A stretch of DNA of 64,000 nt from Obrimoposthia wandeli (taxonomy: Eukaryota): positions 248,001-312,000 of the forward strand of contig CDROCS010002027.1 in the NCBI GenBank assembly GCA_977020255.1. The letters run 5' to 3'. Below, piece after piece: positions 29,159-40,426 of this stretch. The position numbers were made by a program, and so were the translations under genes. Below the pieces are notes generated by a model, which made no database searches, was not told the origin of the DNA, and saw only the letters and a list, made by a program, of their open reading frames with translations. Each line of letters starts with the position of its first letter. Position 1 is the first letter of the stretch.

Positions 29159-29711
29159 ACAATCACCCAAGTCCTTGTGATACAAGACTAAGTTATACCT
29201 CACTATGCATATAAAAACTAGAATATTTTTTGTACTATTGGTCAATATTACTACAAATTATTGACTAAACGGGCATTTTGTATACAAAAAAGATCCATAT
29301 AATATCAATATAAAGAATATTAAAATGACTTAATGTTTATTTGTTTTCTTTTATTTGCGCGCAGTTTCAGCTCTCTCTAGACCCATTACCCGCCATTTCT
29401 AGAATAAAATATTAAAAAATACCTTGAACGAACAAACTAAAGTATTGAAATGTAAAATGCATTTTTTGGCTATTAAGATAAGAATAATAAATTTGGGAGG
29501 GGCTATTTTGTGGGAAATAATTTTGTACTAAATAACGGTTAAGTTTTAGTGAGTAAAAATGAGGGCAGCAGCTTAATTGTATTCCCTTTCAGGCATTTCG
29601 ATAGCTAAGCGTATTTATTACATTTAGGGTACTCAATAACGCTACAGTCAATAGATGACTAGATCGGTACACTTAACTAATAATAAAATTAGCCCATTAA
29701 CAGCATTAGCT

Positions 29712-31283
29712 TCACAATAGTTTTTCAGTGACGTGCTCCCCAAAACCACTGCCTGCTTCTAAATAAAAATTATACGTACTGTCTGCACCTAAATCTTCAA
29801 GCTCTTTTTGTTGATCAGGATACCCTGCTATTGCCGACACTGAACCTTTAAATCCAGATGCTTTTAACTGCTCCAACGCTAATACATTCTGGATATGCTT
29901 AGGCATGGATAACATGATCATTTGCACCTTGGAATGATTGATTCTAAACCAAAAGTTAGGATCGGTAGCATCAGCCATTATTACCGTGCAGCCCCGCTCA
30001 CGATGCAAGTTAATACTTTCTTGGCTAATATCAACACCGGTCACTAATCCCGGATGATGCTGCTCTATTGAATCGTAAGCTCCTGCTCCTACTCGGCCCA
30101 TGCCAAAAATCAAAATTTTTGCCTCTCTCAAATATACGGGTCTTTCAAGATATAAATATTTTTTAGTTTGGAACCTTAACAATTTTTTTTCATATTTAAC
30201 ATAAACTTGGTTTGAAACAGTGTTCAAAGCTGAAGCTAAAACAAAAGTCAAAGATACAGCAACACCAACAACCGCTAGCCACTCGCCTGAAATCCAACCA
30301 CTGGTTGAAGCGAGCGCGCATACAATAAGGCCAAACTCGCTGTAATTAGCTAAAGTAAAGGAATTCAGTAATGAGGTACGTGCGCGTACTCTAAATAAAT
30401 TTGTTAGTAAATAATAGAGTAAAACTTTTAAAGGAAGTAGAGCAACCAAGATAACTGCAGCGAATAAAACCTCAACTGAAAACTGCGCATTTAAACCAAT
30501 CGTTAGAAAAAATCCGACTAACATCAAATCTTTAAATTGGATTAGTGATTTCGCTAACTCTTTGGCTTTATTGTGTGGAGCAAATAGCATACCCACAACA
30601 AGGGCACCTAAATCTCCCTTTAGACCGGAAAATTCAAATAATTGATAGCCAACCATTAGTGCAAAGAAAAAACCAAACAACGGCATTAATTCTCCGTGCT
30701 TAGATCTATCGAGTATTCTGTAGAGTAATGGCCTAAGTAGCGGTAGTACGATGAGAATAGCTAACGCCCAAATATTAGGGATTTTGCCAGTGCTTATGGC
30801 TAAAAAAACCACCGCAAAAACATCTTGCATAACCAAAACGCCGATAGACAGTTTTCCGTGAAAACTTGCCATTTCCCCGCGCTCTTCAAGCACTTTAACC
30901 GCGAATACTGTACTGGAGAAACTTAAAGCAAAACCAATTAAAAGGGATGTTTCAACATTTAGATCTAAAAATAGCGGCAGCGAAAAACGCCCGAGCAATA
31001 ACATTAAAAAAGAGAATAGCATCGTACACAATAATATATGTAACGAAGCTGGAGCCCACACATAAAGCTTGGTTAAGGTTTTTACTTGCAGTTTCAAACC
31101 AATAGAGAAAAGTAGTAATGTGACACCCATAGAAGAAATACTCTCCAACAATGGGGTAGATTGATAACCAAAACCATGCAGCAGAAAACCCGCAAGCAAA
31201 AAGCCTATCAAGGGCGGTAAGCGCAGCTGGAAAATAACAAAGCCGCAAGCAAAAGCACTACAAAAATAAATCAACTCTAACAT
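29712..31283 (-). CDS. Cation:proton antiporter (Kef-type, CPA2) with C-terminal KTN/RCK domain
   Basis: LPPLIGFL, LLLFSIGLKL, FSSTVFAVKVLEE, GVLVMQD, FGMGRVG...ADATD. Confidence 0.88.
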   Translation of the reverse strand: MLELIYFCSAFACGFVIFQLRLPPLIGFLLAGFLLHGFGYQSTPLLESISSMGVTLLLFSIGLKLQVKTLTKLYVWAPASLHILLCTMLFSFLMLLLGRFSLPLFLDLNVETSLLIGFALSFSSTVFAVKVLEERGEMASFHGKLSIGVLVMQDVFAVVFLAISTGKIPNIWALAILIVLPLLRPLLYRILDRSKHGELMPLFGFFFALMVGYQLFEFSGLKGDLGALVVGMLFAPHNKAKELAKSLIQFKDLMLVGFFLTIGLNAQFSVEVLFAAVILVALLPLKVLLYYLLTNLFRVRARTSLLNSFTLANYSEFGLIVCALASTSGWISGEWLAVVGVAVSLTFVLASALNTVSNQVYVKYEKKLLRFQTKKYLYLERPVYLREAKILIFGMGRVGAGAYDSIEQHHPGLVTGVDISQESINLHRERGCTVIMADATDPNFWFRINHSKVQMIMLSMPKHIQNVLALEQLKASGFKGSVSAIAGYPDQQKELEDLGADSTYNFYLEAGSGFGEHVTEKLL

Positions 31284-31384
31284 AATTGAAACTAGCTCTC
31301 ATGACATACTTATTATAACTTTATATTTTTCATAAAGTTACAAATTAAATCCATCAATCTAAGTGTAACACCTTACATAACAAG

Positions 31385-32308
31385 CTATCTAGCCTTTTTC
31401 CACCCCGCTTTTTGTGCTTCAAATTCACTCTTAAAACAGCGTTCACCCATGCGTGTATTAATACTAACTTGGTCGTACTGATGATGCCCTTCAATAAAAT
31501 ACCATTTCTTTAAACTCTTTTTAGATATATTCCCTTTAACTAAGCAGTCAGCATTGTGAGTTTGAACTTGCTTACTTTGGGGCTCTTTGGCTGGTTTAAT
31601 CATAGATGCTTTATGGTGGTTATTGCTTTTTGTACGAGAATTACCAGGGCAAGTCATAGAACGAAATTTTTGATCATAGCAAACTTGCCATTCACGGCTC
31701 TTCTTTGCATATTGTAAAGCTCCTTGGGCTAGTTGAGGATTATGATGATACCACCATTGAAGTGATCCCTTAGTGTTCGCTAATTGCTTAGAGGGCAAAA
31801 CTAATTGATCATGTAATTGCTTTGCCTTATTTAAATAGCCTTGCGGTGTTTTAAGGTCTTGCGTTGGCATACAAGTTCCATGGTTTTCATATTCATGTTG
31901 TAACAACCAAACACTCGGTGTCATGCATAAATATTTGGATAATACCTTACGAGGTATTTTCCCTTTATCGCCTGCACAAGCTCTAGGATAATCTTGGTTT
32001 TGGCTGATAGACCCTTGTGGCCATAAGCCATGCAAAATATATCCAAAACTTGCATTGGTATTGCACTGTAAATAGTTTTTCGAACCCGGCTCTTTACTCG
32101 CATTACTGACCTTTGCGCAATGACTGGCAGCCCAGCTATAGGAGAGTACGTAATACAGCGAAGGTATATTCCTGATACTGCTATTATTGATCTTTTCATT
32201 ATATTGATCAAAGCTGTCTTTAACATCAACACATGAAGAGGCAAAACTTAAAGTAGAAAACAAGCTCAGCCATAACAAATTAAATCCTATATGTATCATC
32301 TTTTGCAT
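31385..32308 (-). CDS. Secreted ribonuclease T2-family protein with extra C-terminal domain
   Basis: Signal peptide; LSYSW; YILHGLWP (CAS I); HEYENHGTC (CAS II); C-terminal CLVKGNIS...GERCF-x-SE-x-EA-x-x-AGW module. Confidence 0.88.
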   Translation of the reverse strand: MQKMIHIGFNLLWLSLFSTLSFASSCVDVKDSFDQYNEKINNSSIRNIPSLYYVLSYSWAASHCAKVSNASKEPGSKNYLQCNTNASFGYILHGLWPQGSISQNQDYPRACAGDKGKIPRKVLSKYLCMTPSVWLLQHEYENHGTCMPTQDLKTPQGYLNKAKQLHDQLVLPSKQLANTKGSLQWWYHHNPQLAQGALQYAKKSREWQVCYDQKFRSMTCPGNSRTKSNNHHKASMIKPAKEPQSKQVQTHNADCLVKGNISKKSLKKWYFIEGHHQYDQVSINTRMGERCFKSEFEAQKAGWKKAR

Positions 32309-32746
32309 CTTCTACCTTCCATTAAATGAATATCAGTTGTCACAGACAATATATTTCAATGCTAATACCTTTTAAAATTCACTTAGGAAGCAGCTTAATA
32401 TAACTGATATTTAGCCAGGTAAGCTTTGGCAGTAACTTATTTTTCTATTTAAAAAATAGCGCAATACATTGAAAATAGAAACTCCCATGTTATTTTTCTA
32501 AACAACTCACTTAGCAAATTTATTTTGGTCATTCTGTCTCTTTCATCTTTTAAAACAAGCTTTAGTTAATCAGGGTTACCTGTGGAACCTCAGCGCTAGC
32601 AATTGAGTATCTCTATAAAGGCAAATCATTTTTAATTTATGGCCATGAAGTAATAATTGGACGCTGCTTTGCACAGGAAATTGGATCTTTAATATTTCGA
32701 GGTTTGCATATAATCTGCGTTAATAAATGAATTTTAGGGGATATTT

Positions 32747-33283
32747 ATGAAAGCGTCTGCGTTTAACTTGCAACCATCTATAACCGGGTCAACGATAAAG
32801 ATTCGCCCTCTAGTAAAAGATGACTACTCGGCGATGCAACAGTGTGCCGCCGATAAAGAAATTTGGCTCGGTCATCCGGCAAAAGATCGCTATAAAGAAG
32901 AAATATTTAGTCCGCTGTTTGCTCAGTCTATCGCTTCAAAAGCCTGTGTAGTGGTCAGCGAACTGAGTACAAATAAGCTAATTGGATGGTCCAGGTACTA
33001 TGTTGCTGATGATGGTCCTGATGATATATCGATAGGCTTTACCTTCTTAGAGCGCAAATACTGGGGAGGCAATATTAATAAAGAGCTAAAGACAATCATG
33101 CTAAACCACGCATTTACAGTATTTGATCGTGTGTGGTTCCATATAGATCCTAGTAATATCCGCTCACAAAAGGCCACTCTAAAATTGGGTGCCAAACTAG
33201 AAAGCGAGAGCTTAGTGTCGCTAGCCGGTAAAAAGGGCTTATGGCAAAGTTATATAATTGAGAAAGAGCAATGGTTAGATTGA
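32747..33283 (+). CDS. GNAT family N-acetyltransferase (RimJ/RimL-like)
   Basis: ISIGFTFL-x-RKYWGG, N-x-RSQKA-x-x-KLGA. Confidence 0.85.
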   Translation: MKASAFNLQPSITGSTIKIRPLVKDDYSAMQQCAADKEIWLGHPAKDRYKEEIFSPLFAQSIASKACVVVSELSTNKLIGWSRYYVADDGPDDISIGFTFLERKYWGGNINKELKTIMLNHAFTVFDRVWFHIDPSNIRSQKATLKLGAKLESESLVSLAGKKGLWQSYIIEKEQWLD

Positions 33284-33341
33284 TAGTAAACAACCACTCA
33301 CTTAATTAAACAAAGATGACTCCTATGTTTATTTCAGGCAT

Positions 33342-33368
33342 AAAAAAACCGCACAAGGCGGTTTTTTT
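33342..33368 (-). terminator. Intrinsic terminator after pnp (possibly bidirectional)
   Basis: AAAAAAACCGC-ACAAG-GCGGTTTTTTT. Confidence 0.8.
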
Positions 33369-33389
33369 AACACTATTTTTAACTAGTGT

Positions 33390-35477
33390 TTAGTCTTCTG
33401 CTAAGTCTTTCATAGAAAGTTTGATACGGCCACGAACATCCACATCAAGTACTTTAACTTTAACCATTTGATCCATCTTAATGTAATCAGTTACTTTCTC
33501 AACACGCTTGTTGTCGATTTGAGAAATGTGAACTAATCCATCTTTACCAGGTAAGATGTTTACAAAAGCACCAAACTCTTCTAAACGAACGACTTTACCT
33601 TCATAGATTTTGCCAATTTCAGCTTCAGCAGTAATACCTAATACGATGTCTGTTGCTTTTTGTGCAGCAGCTTTATCACCAGCATAGATACGTACAGTAC
33701 CATCATCATCTAGATCAATCATCGCGCCTGTTTGTTCTGTAATTGAACGGATAGTAGCGCCGCCTTTACCAATTACATCACGAATCTTTTCAGGGTTGAT
33801 TTTGATTACAGTCATTGCAGGCGCGTTATCCGGAAGCTCTGGACGAGCGTAACCAATTACTTTAGCCATTTCTTTCAAGATATGTACACGTGCTTCAAGC
33901 GCTTGCTCAAGTGCAATGTCCATGATCTCTTCAGTAATACCGGTGATTTTGATATCCATTTGCAGTGCAGTGATACCTTGCTCAGTACCTGCTACTTTAA
34001 AGTCCATATCGCCTAAGTGATCTTCATCACCTAAAATATCAGTTAATACAGCGAACTTTTCGCCTTCTTTAACAAGACCCATCGCGATACCAGCGACAGG
34101 AGCTTTCAATGGAACACCTGCATCCATCATTGCTAAAGATGCACCACATACTGATGCCATTGAGCTTGAACCGTTAGATTCAGTGATTTCAGATACGATA
34201 CGAATTGTGTACGGGAAATCATCTTGAGAAGGTAGCATAGCTGCAACAGAGCGACGTGCTAAACGACCATGGCCAATTTCACGACGGTTTGTTGAACCCA
34301 TACGTCCAGCTTCACCTACTGAGTAAGGAGGGAAGTTGTAATGTAGCATGAACGGGTCTTTACGCTCGCCTTCGATAGCATCGATAAGCTGTTGATCACG
34401 TGAAGTACCTAAAGTACAAGTTACCACTGCTTGCGTTTCACCACGCGTGAATAATGAAGAACCGTGTGTACCAGAAAGCACATCAACTTCAACATTAATA
34501 CCACGAACAGTTTTGCTGTCACGGCCATCAATACGGCTTTCGCCATTTACAATACGCTGGCGCACTGTAGATTTTTCAATTGAGCTTACAACACCCGATA
34601 CTTCTTTGCTTGAAGGTTGACCTTCTTCGCCAGAAAGTGCTGCAACTGCTTGTGTGCGTAGCTCAGATAGCAAACCTTGACGCTCAAGCTTATCAGCAGT
34701 TTGGTAAGCCGTTGCGATACCAGCACCCACTAAATCTGTGACTTGCGCAACTAATGCTTCGTTTACAACAGCAGGACTCCAATCCCATGCAGGCTTACCC
34801 GCTTCTGCTTTTAGTTCAGCAATAGCATCGATACAGCCTTGGAATTCGCCGTGAGCAAATAATACAGCGCCTAACATTTCATCTTCGCTAAGTTCTTTAG
34901 CTTCAGATTCAACCATTAGTACAGCATCTTTAGTACCAGCAACAACCATATCCAGTTCAGATGTAGCTAGCTGCTCATAAGTTGGGTTTAAGATATACCC
35001 TTGATCTTCTGTAAAACCAACACGTGCACAACCAATAGGTCCTTGGAAAGGAATACCAGAGATAGAAAGTGCAGCAGAAACACCAATCATCGCAGCGATA
35101 TCTGGATCGTTAACTTTATCAGCAGACATTACGGTACAAATAACTTGTACTTCGTTCATGTAGCCTTTAGGAAATAAAGGTCTAATTGGACGGTCAATCA
35201 AGCGTGATGTGAGTGTTTCTTTTTCAGATGGGCGCGCTTCGCGCTTGAAGAAACCACCAGGGATTTTACCAACTGAGTAATATTTTTCTTGGTAGTGAAC
35301 AGATAGCGGGAAGAAATCTTGTCCTTCTCTGGCTGATTTAGAACCTACAACAGTACAAAGTACCTGAACGCCTTCGATAGTAACTAATACTGCGCCTGTA
35401 GCTTGACGTGCGATACGTCCTGTCTCTAAAGTAACTTCTTGGTTACCTAATTTAAACTTTTTAATTATCGCTTCCAC
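33390..35477 (-). CDS. pnp: Polynucleotide phosphorylase
   Basis: [40 protein letters not shown] (DVIGKGG) and S1 domains. Confidence 0.99.
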   Translation of the reverse strand: MEAIIKKFKLGNQEVTLETGRIARQATGAVLVTIEGVQVLCTVVGSKSAREGQDFFPLSVHYQEKYYSVGKIPGGFFKREARPSEKETLTSRLIDRPIRPLFPKGYMNEVQVICTVMSADKVNDPDIAAMIGVSAALSISGIPFQGPIGCARVGFTEDQGYILNPTYEQLATSELDMVVAGTKDAVLMVESEAKELSEDEMLGAVLFAHGEFQGCIDAIAELKAEAGKPAWDWSPAVVNEALVAQVTDLVGAGIATAYQTADKLERQGLLSELRTQAVAALSGEEGQPSSKEVSGVVSSIEKSTVRQRIVNGESRIDGRDSKTVRGINVEVDVLSGTHGSSLFTRGETQAVVTCTLGTSRDQQLIDAIEGERKDPFMLHYNFPPYSVGEAGRMGSTNRREIGHGRLARRSVAAMLPSQDDFPYTIRIVSEITESNGSSSMASVCGASLAMMDAGVPLKAPVAGIAMGLVKEGEKFAVLTDILGDEDHLGDMDFKVAGTEQGITALQMDIKITGITEEIMDIALEQALEARVHILKEMAKVIGYARPELPDNAPAMTVIKINPEKIRDVIGKGGATIRSITEQTGAMIDLDDDGTVRIYAGDKAAAQKATDIVLGITAEAEIGKIYEGKVVRLEEFGAFVNILPGKDGLVHISQIDNKRVEKVTDYIKMDQMVKVKVLDVDVRGRIKLSMKDLAED

Positions 35478-35539
35478 GATATATCCTCTTTTTAATAAAT
35501 ATAATGCTAAATGAGGAAAGAATAAGTAAATCTAAATTT

Positions 35540-35606
35540 GCCGGTACTCGTTTATTCTCTAGCTAAGCAATAACAGGGCTTAGGTAAAAGATAAATGAGT
35601 ACTGGC
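35540..35606 (-). promoter_or_regulatory. Long leader stem upstream of pnp (putative RNase III site)
   Basis: GCCAGTACTCATTTAT pairs with ATAAACGAGTACCGGC (14/16), with an inner CTAAGC/GCTTAG stem. Confidence 0.65.
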
Positions 35607-35704
35607 TGTATCTACTTAAATTTCTCTATTTAACGGTTAAGCCTTTAATTACACGGCTTTAGTGGTTTTTCTTTAAAGAATTGGGAGTAATTATAAACGC
35701 CCTA

Positions 35705-35731
35705 AATAAAGAAGGCCGTGCAAGCACGGCC
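35705..35731 (-). terminator. Terminator after rpsO
   Basis: GGCCGTGC-TT-GCACGGCC then U-rich tract. Confidence 0.75.
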
Positions 35732-35743
35732 CAGAACACTGTC

Positions 35744-36013
35744 TTAGCGACGTAGTCCTAAACGCTTGATCAGATCAAGGTAGCTATCTACCTTTGTCTT
35801 CTTCAAGTAATCAAGTAATTTACGACGCTGGTTTACCATACGGATTAGACCGCGACGTGAATGGTGATCATGAATGTGAGACTTGAAATGTCCCTGTAGA
35901 GCTAGGATGTTTGCAGTTAAAAGTGCTACTTGAACTTCAGAAGAACCTGTATCACCTTCACCACGACCGTAGTCTGCAACGATTTGCGCTTTCTCAACAG
36001 CTGATAATGCCAT
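35744..36013 (-). CDS. rpsO: 30S ribosomal protein S15
   Basis: [14 protein letters not shown]...DHHSRRGL...RRKLLDYL. Confidence 0.99.
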   Translation of the reverse strand: MALSAVEKAQIVADYGRGEGDTGSSEVQVALLTANILALQGHFKSHIHDHHSRRGLIRMVNQRRKLLDYLKKTKVDSYLDLIKRLGLRR

Positions 36014-36248
36014 TTTTAATACTCCAACTTAATATGCAGATAATTCAATTTTTATTGATATCATCTTGTTAAGGTCACGAATTACCAAGCATATTTTTAG
36101 TAACCCGCCAAATACCGAGCGTATTCTACCACCGTCATAAGACCTTGTCATTTTTTTAAACACAATGTTATAAGGCTGCTAATTAATGGTGCTAGAGGAG
36201 TAAAAGATACGCTACATCAATAGCGTACTTTTTAGCTTTTACTGAAAC

Positions 36249-37217
36249 TTAAGGGGCTGTGGATAAAAGACGTTTGGAGCGCAAAACTCCTTTGTCGTCA
36301 ATTTCACCAATACCTAAAAAGATATCTTCTTCAATGAAATGCAATCTAACTAGAGCAGCATCTGCTTGATCAAGCTGTACGGGCTTTCCTTGAAACAACA
36401 TCAATTTTTGCACGGCATCTAATTGCACTTTTGCCAAATGTTCTACTGGAGAGTAACTTGGAATTAACAAAGCATCTAAACGATGGTTTTTCTCTGCTAG
36501 CTGCGCTTCTTCATCTAATTGATCATTAGTAGTTTGCACTAACTCATTAAGCTGATCCATCGTTATCATCATTTGCGCTTTATAAGGGCCTGATTCAAGC
36601 CTGCGCAATACGCTCACATGTGCACCGCAATCAAGTAACAAACCAAGGTCTTCTACAATAGATCTTATGTAAGTCCCTTTTGTGCAACTAATATCTAAAT
36701 CTATTTCGTTCAATTCAGGGCGAAAAGCTAATAATTCAATGTTTTTAATCGTTACTTTACGTGGTTTAACCTCAACAGTTTCACCTTTACGCGCTAGCTT
36801 ATAAAGCGGCTGGCCTTTATATTTAAGGGCAGAGAACATTGAAGGAACTTGTTCAATTTCACCGGTAAAATGCTCAACGATTAATTTTTTAATTAAATCG
36901 ATAGTGACGTGAGCGCCAACCGGCTTTTCTTCAACGACCTTACCATCTGCATCAGATGAATCTGTTCTAATACCCAGTTTAGCAGTGGTTTGGTAGCGTT
37001 TGTCAGCTTCCAATAAGAATTGAGAAAACTTGGTCGCTTCGCCAAAAGTGAGTGGTAACATACCTGTCGCAAGAGGATCCAAAGCGCCAGTGTGGCCAGC
37101 TTTAGCTGCACCATAAATACGTTTTACATGTTGCAGAACACCGTTAGAGCTAAGCCCAGGTGGTTTATCTAATAAAAAAACGCCGTCTAATTGACGGCCT
37201 TTATGTCTTCTTCCCAT
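36249..37217 (-). CDS. truB: tRNA pseudouridine(55) synthase
   Basis: KAGHTGALDPLATG, SALKYKG-x-PLY, CTKGTYIRS. Confidence 0.99.
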   Translation of the reverse strand: MGRRHKGRQLDGVFLLDKPPGLSSNGVLQHVKRIYGAAKAGHTGALDPLATGMLPLTFGEATKFSQFLLEADKRYQTTAKLGIRTDSSDADGKVVEEKPVGAHVTIDLIKKLIVEHFTGEIEQVPSMFSALKYKGQPLYKLARKGETVEVKPRKVTIKNIELLAFRPELNEIDLDISCTKGTYIRSIVEDLGLLLDCGAHVSVLRRLESGPYKAQMMITMDQLNELVQTTNDQLDEEAQLAEKNHRLDALLIPSYSPVEHLAKVQLDAVQKLMLFQGKPVQLDQADAALVRLHFIEEDIFLGIGEIDDKGVLRSKRLLSTAP

Positions 37218-37243
37218 TTGTAACCTACCAATACTACATGCAG

Positions 37244-37654
37244 TTATTCACTGTCTTTAGAATCGTCCTGCTCGGCAGCTTTAGCTTTGCCTTCACGTAC
37301 TGTTTGCTCAATCAAACTGTGCAAACGACGCCCGCGATCAATACTAGCATCGAAATGGAAACGCAATTTAGGTACAGTACGCAACTGCATTTGCTGTGCT
37401 AATTCAGTACGCAAATAACCAGCGGCTTCTTTAAGAACTTCGCAAGCGGCACTGACTGCATCTTCTTCACATTGTTCACCGAACGGCATTACGGTGAAAT
37501 AGACTTCAGCATATCCTAAGTCACGAGCAACCTTAACGAAACTAATCGTTACCATGCCCAAGCGAGGATCTTTGATATCACGTTGTATTAACTGCGCTAA
37601 ATCTCTTTGGATTTGCTCGGAAATACGCTGCGTACGGCTATATTCTTTTGCCAT
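37244..37654 (-). CDS. rbfA: Ribosome-binding factor A
   Basis: IKDPRLG, LRT-x-P-x-LRF-x-FD; start moved to MAKEYS. Confidence 0.97.
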   Translation of the reverse strand: MAKEYSRTQRISEQIQRDLAQLIQRDIKDPRLGMVTISFVKVARDLGYAEVYFTVMPFGEQCEEDAVSAACEVLKEAAGYLRTELAQQMQLRTVPKLRFHFDASIDRGRRLHSLIEQTVREGKAKAAEQDDSKDSE

Positions 37655-37721
37655 TAGATCTTTCTTACCTATATTATAAGGCCGCAACAAGTGCGGCCTA
37701 TATTAGCTAAACTATTAAATA

Positions 37722-40406
37722 TTAATCAATAGTTCTAGCAATCTCGACTGTATCAAACACTTCTATCTGATCGCCGACTTTTACATCGTTGTAGTTCTTA
37801 ACACCAATGCCACATTCCATGCCTTGGCGAACATCAGAAACTGCGTCTTTAAAGCGACGTAATGATTCAAGCTCACCCTCATAGATTACAACATTTTCGC
37901 GAAGTACACGAATACGCTTGTTTCTATGCACAGATCCATCTGTAACCATACAACCGGCAACTAACCCGATCTTAGGTGAACGGAACACATCACGTACTTG
38001 TGCGATACCGACAATCTCTTCACGGAACTCTGGAGATAGTAAACCGCTCATCGCCTGCTTAACATCATCAATGATGTTATAGATAATGCTGTAGTAACGC
38101 AGCTGAATGCCTTCGCGATCAACAATAGCTTTAGCTTGTACATCTGCACGTACATTAAAGCCAACCATCAATGCTGAAGAAGCTAGCGCTAAGTTGGCAT
38201 CTGTTTCTGCGATACCACCCACACCCGAAGATACGATAACGACTTTTACTTCATCAGTAGACAAATCTTCTAAAGCAGTTGTTAGCGCTTCTAATGAACC
38301 ACGTACATCGGTTTTTAAGACGATGTTTAAAGTGGCTACATCACCTGATTCCATGTTAGCAAACAAGTTCTCAAGCTTAGAAGCTTGTTGACGAGCAAGT
38401 TTAACCTCACGGTATTTTCCTTGACGGAACAAGGCAACTTCACGCGCTTTCTTATCATTGCTAACAACAGTAAATTCAGCACCCGCTTGAGGCGTGCCAT
38501 CTAGACCGATAATTTCAACAGGTACCGATGGCCCAGCAGTGGTAGCCGCTTTCCCATCTTCATCCATCATCGCACGTACACGACCGTAATGAAGACCGGC
38601 AAGTACGATATCACCTTTATTCAAAGTACCTGACTGTACAAGAACTGTAGCGACAGGACCACGTCCTTTTTCTAGGCGCGATTCAATAACAACACCTTGC
38701 GCTTGCCCAGATTCAACAGAATTAAGCTCAAGCAACTCAGCTTGTAATGATACAGCTTCTAATAACTGCTCAATACCTTCACCTGTTTTAGCCGATACTT
38801 TAATGAACTGTACATCGCCACCCCATTCTTCAGGGATAACATCAAGCTGCGCTAATTCATTCATGACGCGCTCAGGGTCTGCCTGCTCTTTGTCAATTTT
38901 GTTAACTGCGATAACCAAAGGTACACCAGCAGCTTTAGCATGCTGAACCGCTTCTTTAGTTTGTGGCATAACGCCATCGTCAGCAGCAACCGCAAGTACT
39001 ACGATATCCGTTAACTGTGCGCCACGAGCACGCATAGCGGTAAACGCTGCGTGACCTGGAGTATCTAGGAAAGTAATTAAACCTTTACTAGTCTCAACAC
39101 GGTATGCACCTATATGCTGGGTAATTCCACCTGATTCAGCTGAAGCAACACGAGATGAACGAATGTTATCAAGTAATGACGTCTTACCGTGGTCAACGTG
39201 ACCCATAACCGTTACAACAGGTGCACGGCTAATAGAATCACCTTCTGTGATAACTGAATCTAATAACGCTTCTTCGATGGCATTATCGGCCATTGGTTTA
39301 GCGATATGACCCATTTCTTCTACTAGTAAAATAGCTGTATCTTGATCAATAACTTGGTTGATGGTTGCCATAGCACCCATCTTGAACATTACTTTAATAA
39401 CTTCAGCAGCTTTCACTGACATTTTTTTAGCAAGTTCTGCAACAACAATACTTTCAGGTACTGCTACTTCATGTACACGTGCTGCTTGCGGTTCAGTGAA
39501 ACCATGCTGGTTTGGGCTACCAGAATTTAGTACATTTGGTTTAGCTTTTCCAACACGTGAAATCTTACCACGACGGCTACGCTTTTCTGACTTACTAGCA
39601 CCAGTGGTTTTAGTCTTGGCGCTACGTGCAGGTTTCTTTTCTTCGCGAGCAGGTTTTTTGTGCACAGGTGTCTGTTTAGGTGTCGCTTGTGCAATAGCGT
39701 CAGCTTTACGCTGTTCTTCTGCATCTTCTTTTGCGATACGCTTAGCATCTTCTTCTGCTTTTTTCTGAGCTTGCGCTTCAGCAGCTAGACGCTCATCTTC
39801 ATGTGCAGCATGTTCTTTAGCAGCGGCAACAGCGGCTTTATCCGCCTCTTTCTCAGCGGCTAAACGCTCTTGATCTCTTCTAATATCTTCTGCAATTTCA
39901 GCATCGGTTTTAACTTCATCTACAACCGGTACTTTTGGTGTTGCTGTTGGAATTTTAGGCGTCTCCAACACTTTGGAAGCAGCTGTTTCTGTTGAAGCAG
40001 AAGCCTCTACTTGAGCCACGGGTGCAGTAACAGGTGTTTGAGCTATTACAGGCTCTACAGCATTATCTTCTACATTAGCATCTTCAGACTCAACGTCAGA
40101 TCGCTTCACATAAGTACGCGTTTTACGTACTTCAACGTTGACTGTTTTACGACCGGCACTGCCAGTTGTTTTCAACTGTGTAGTAGATTTGCGCTTTAGA
40201 CTAATCTTTTTAGGCTCATCACTTTCTTCATCAGCTGATTCACCGTGTGATTTTTTCAAATGCACTAATAACGTCTGGCGCTCTTCATCAGTAACTTTAG
40301 AGTCTTGTTGCTTATTTTTAATCCCAGCTTCAGCCATTTGAGTAATTAAACGCTCTGGAGAAACCCCGATAACATCGGCTAATTCTGTAACTATTACTTC
40401 TGACAT
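37722..40406 (-). CDS. infB: Translation initiation factor IF-2
   Basis: [35 protein letters not shown]. Confidence 0.99.
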   Translation of the reverse strand: MSEVIVTELADVIGVSPERLITQMAEAGIKNKQQDSKVTDEERQTLLVHLKKSHGESADEESDEPKKISLKRKSTTQLKTTGSAGRKTVNVEVRKTRTYVKRSDVESEDANVEDNAVEPVIAQTPVTAPVAQVEASASTETAASKVLETPKIPTATPKVPVVDEVKTDAEIAEDIRRDQERLAAEKEADKAAVAAAKEHAAHEDERLAAEAQAQKKAEEDAKRIAKEDAEEQRKADAIAQATPKQTPVHKKPAREEKKPARSAKTKTTGASKSEKRSRRGKISRVGKAKPNVLNSGSPNQHGFTEPQAARVHEVAVPESIVVAELAKKMSVKAAEVIKVMFKMGAMATINQVIDQDTAILLVEEMGHIAKPMADNAIEEALLDSVITEGDSISRAPVVTVMGHVDHGKTSLLDNIRSSRVASAESGGITQHIGAYRVETSKGLITFLDTPGHAAFTAMRARGAQLTDIVVLAVAADDGVMPQTKEAVQHAKAAGVPLVIAVNKIDKEQADPERVMNELAQLDVIPEEWGGDVQFIKVSAKTGEGIEQLLEAVSLQAELLELNSVESGQAQGVVIESRLEKGRGPVATVLVQSGTLNKGDIVLAGLHYGRVRAMMDEDGKAATTAGPSVPVEIIGLDGTPQAGAEFTVVSNDKKAREVALFRQGKYREVKLARQQASKLENLFANMESGDVATLNIVLKTDVRGSLEALTTALEDLSTDEVKVVIVSSGVGGIAETDANLALASSALMVGFNVRADVQAKAIVDREGIQLRYYSIIYNIIDDVKQAMSGLLSPEFREEIVGIAQVRDVFRSPKIGLVAGCMVTDGSVHRNKRIRVLRENVVIYEGELESLRRFKDAVSDVRQGMECGIGVKNYNDVKVGDQIEVFDTVEIARTID

Positions 40407-40426
40407 ATTTATACTCCTACCTGGGC

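Noticed and set aside
29160-29710. Very AT-rich gap upstream of the DeoR operon as a possible repeat, origin or pseudogene
   Set aside because: No periodic repeats, DnaA-box cluster or protein motifs recognised; probably just promoter DNA
32380-32400. TTAGGAAGCAGCTTAAT resembling the IS5 end seen at 18152-18168
   Set aside because: Only a ~9-bp match, expected by chance in 64 kb; no transposase relic follows
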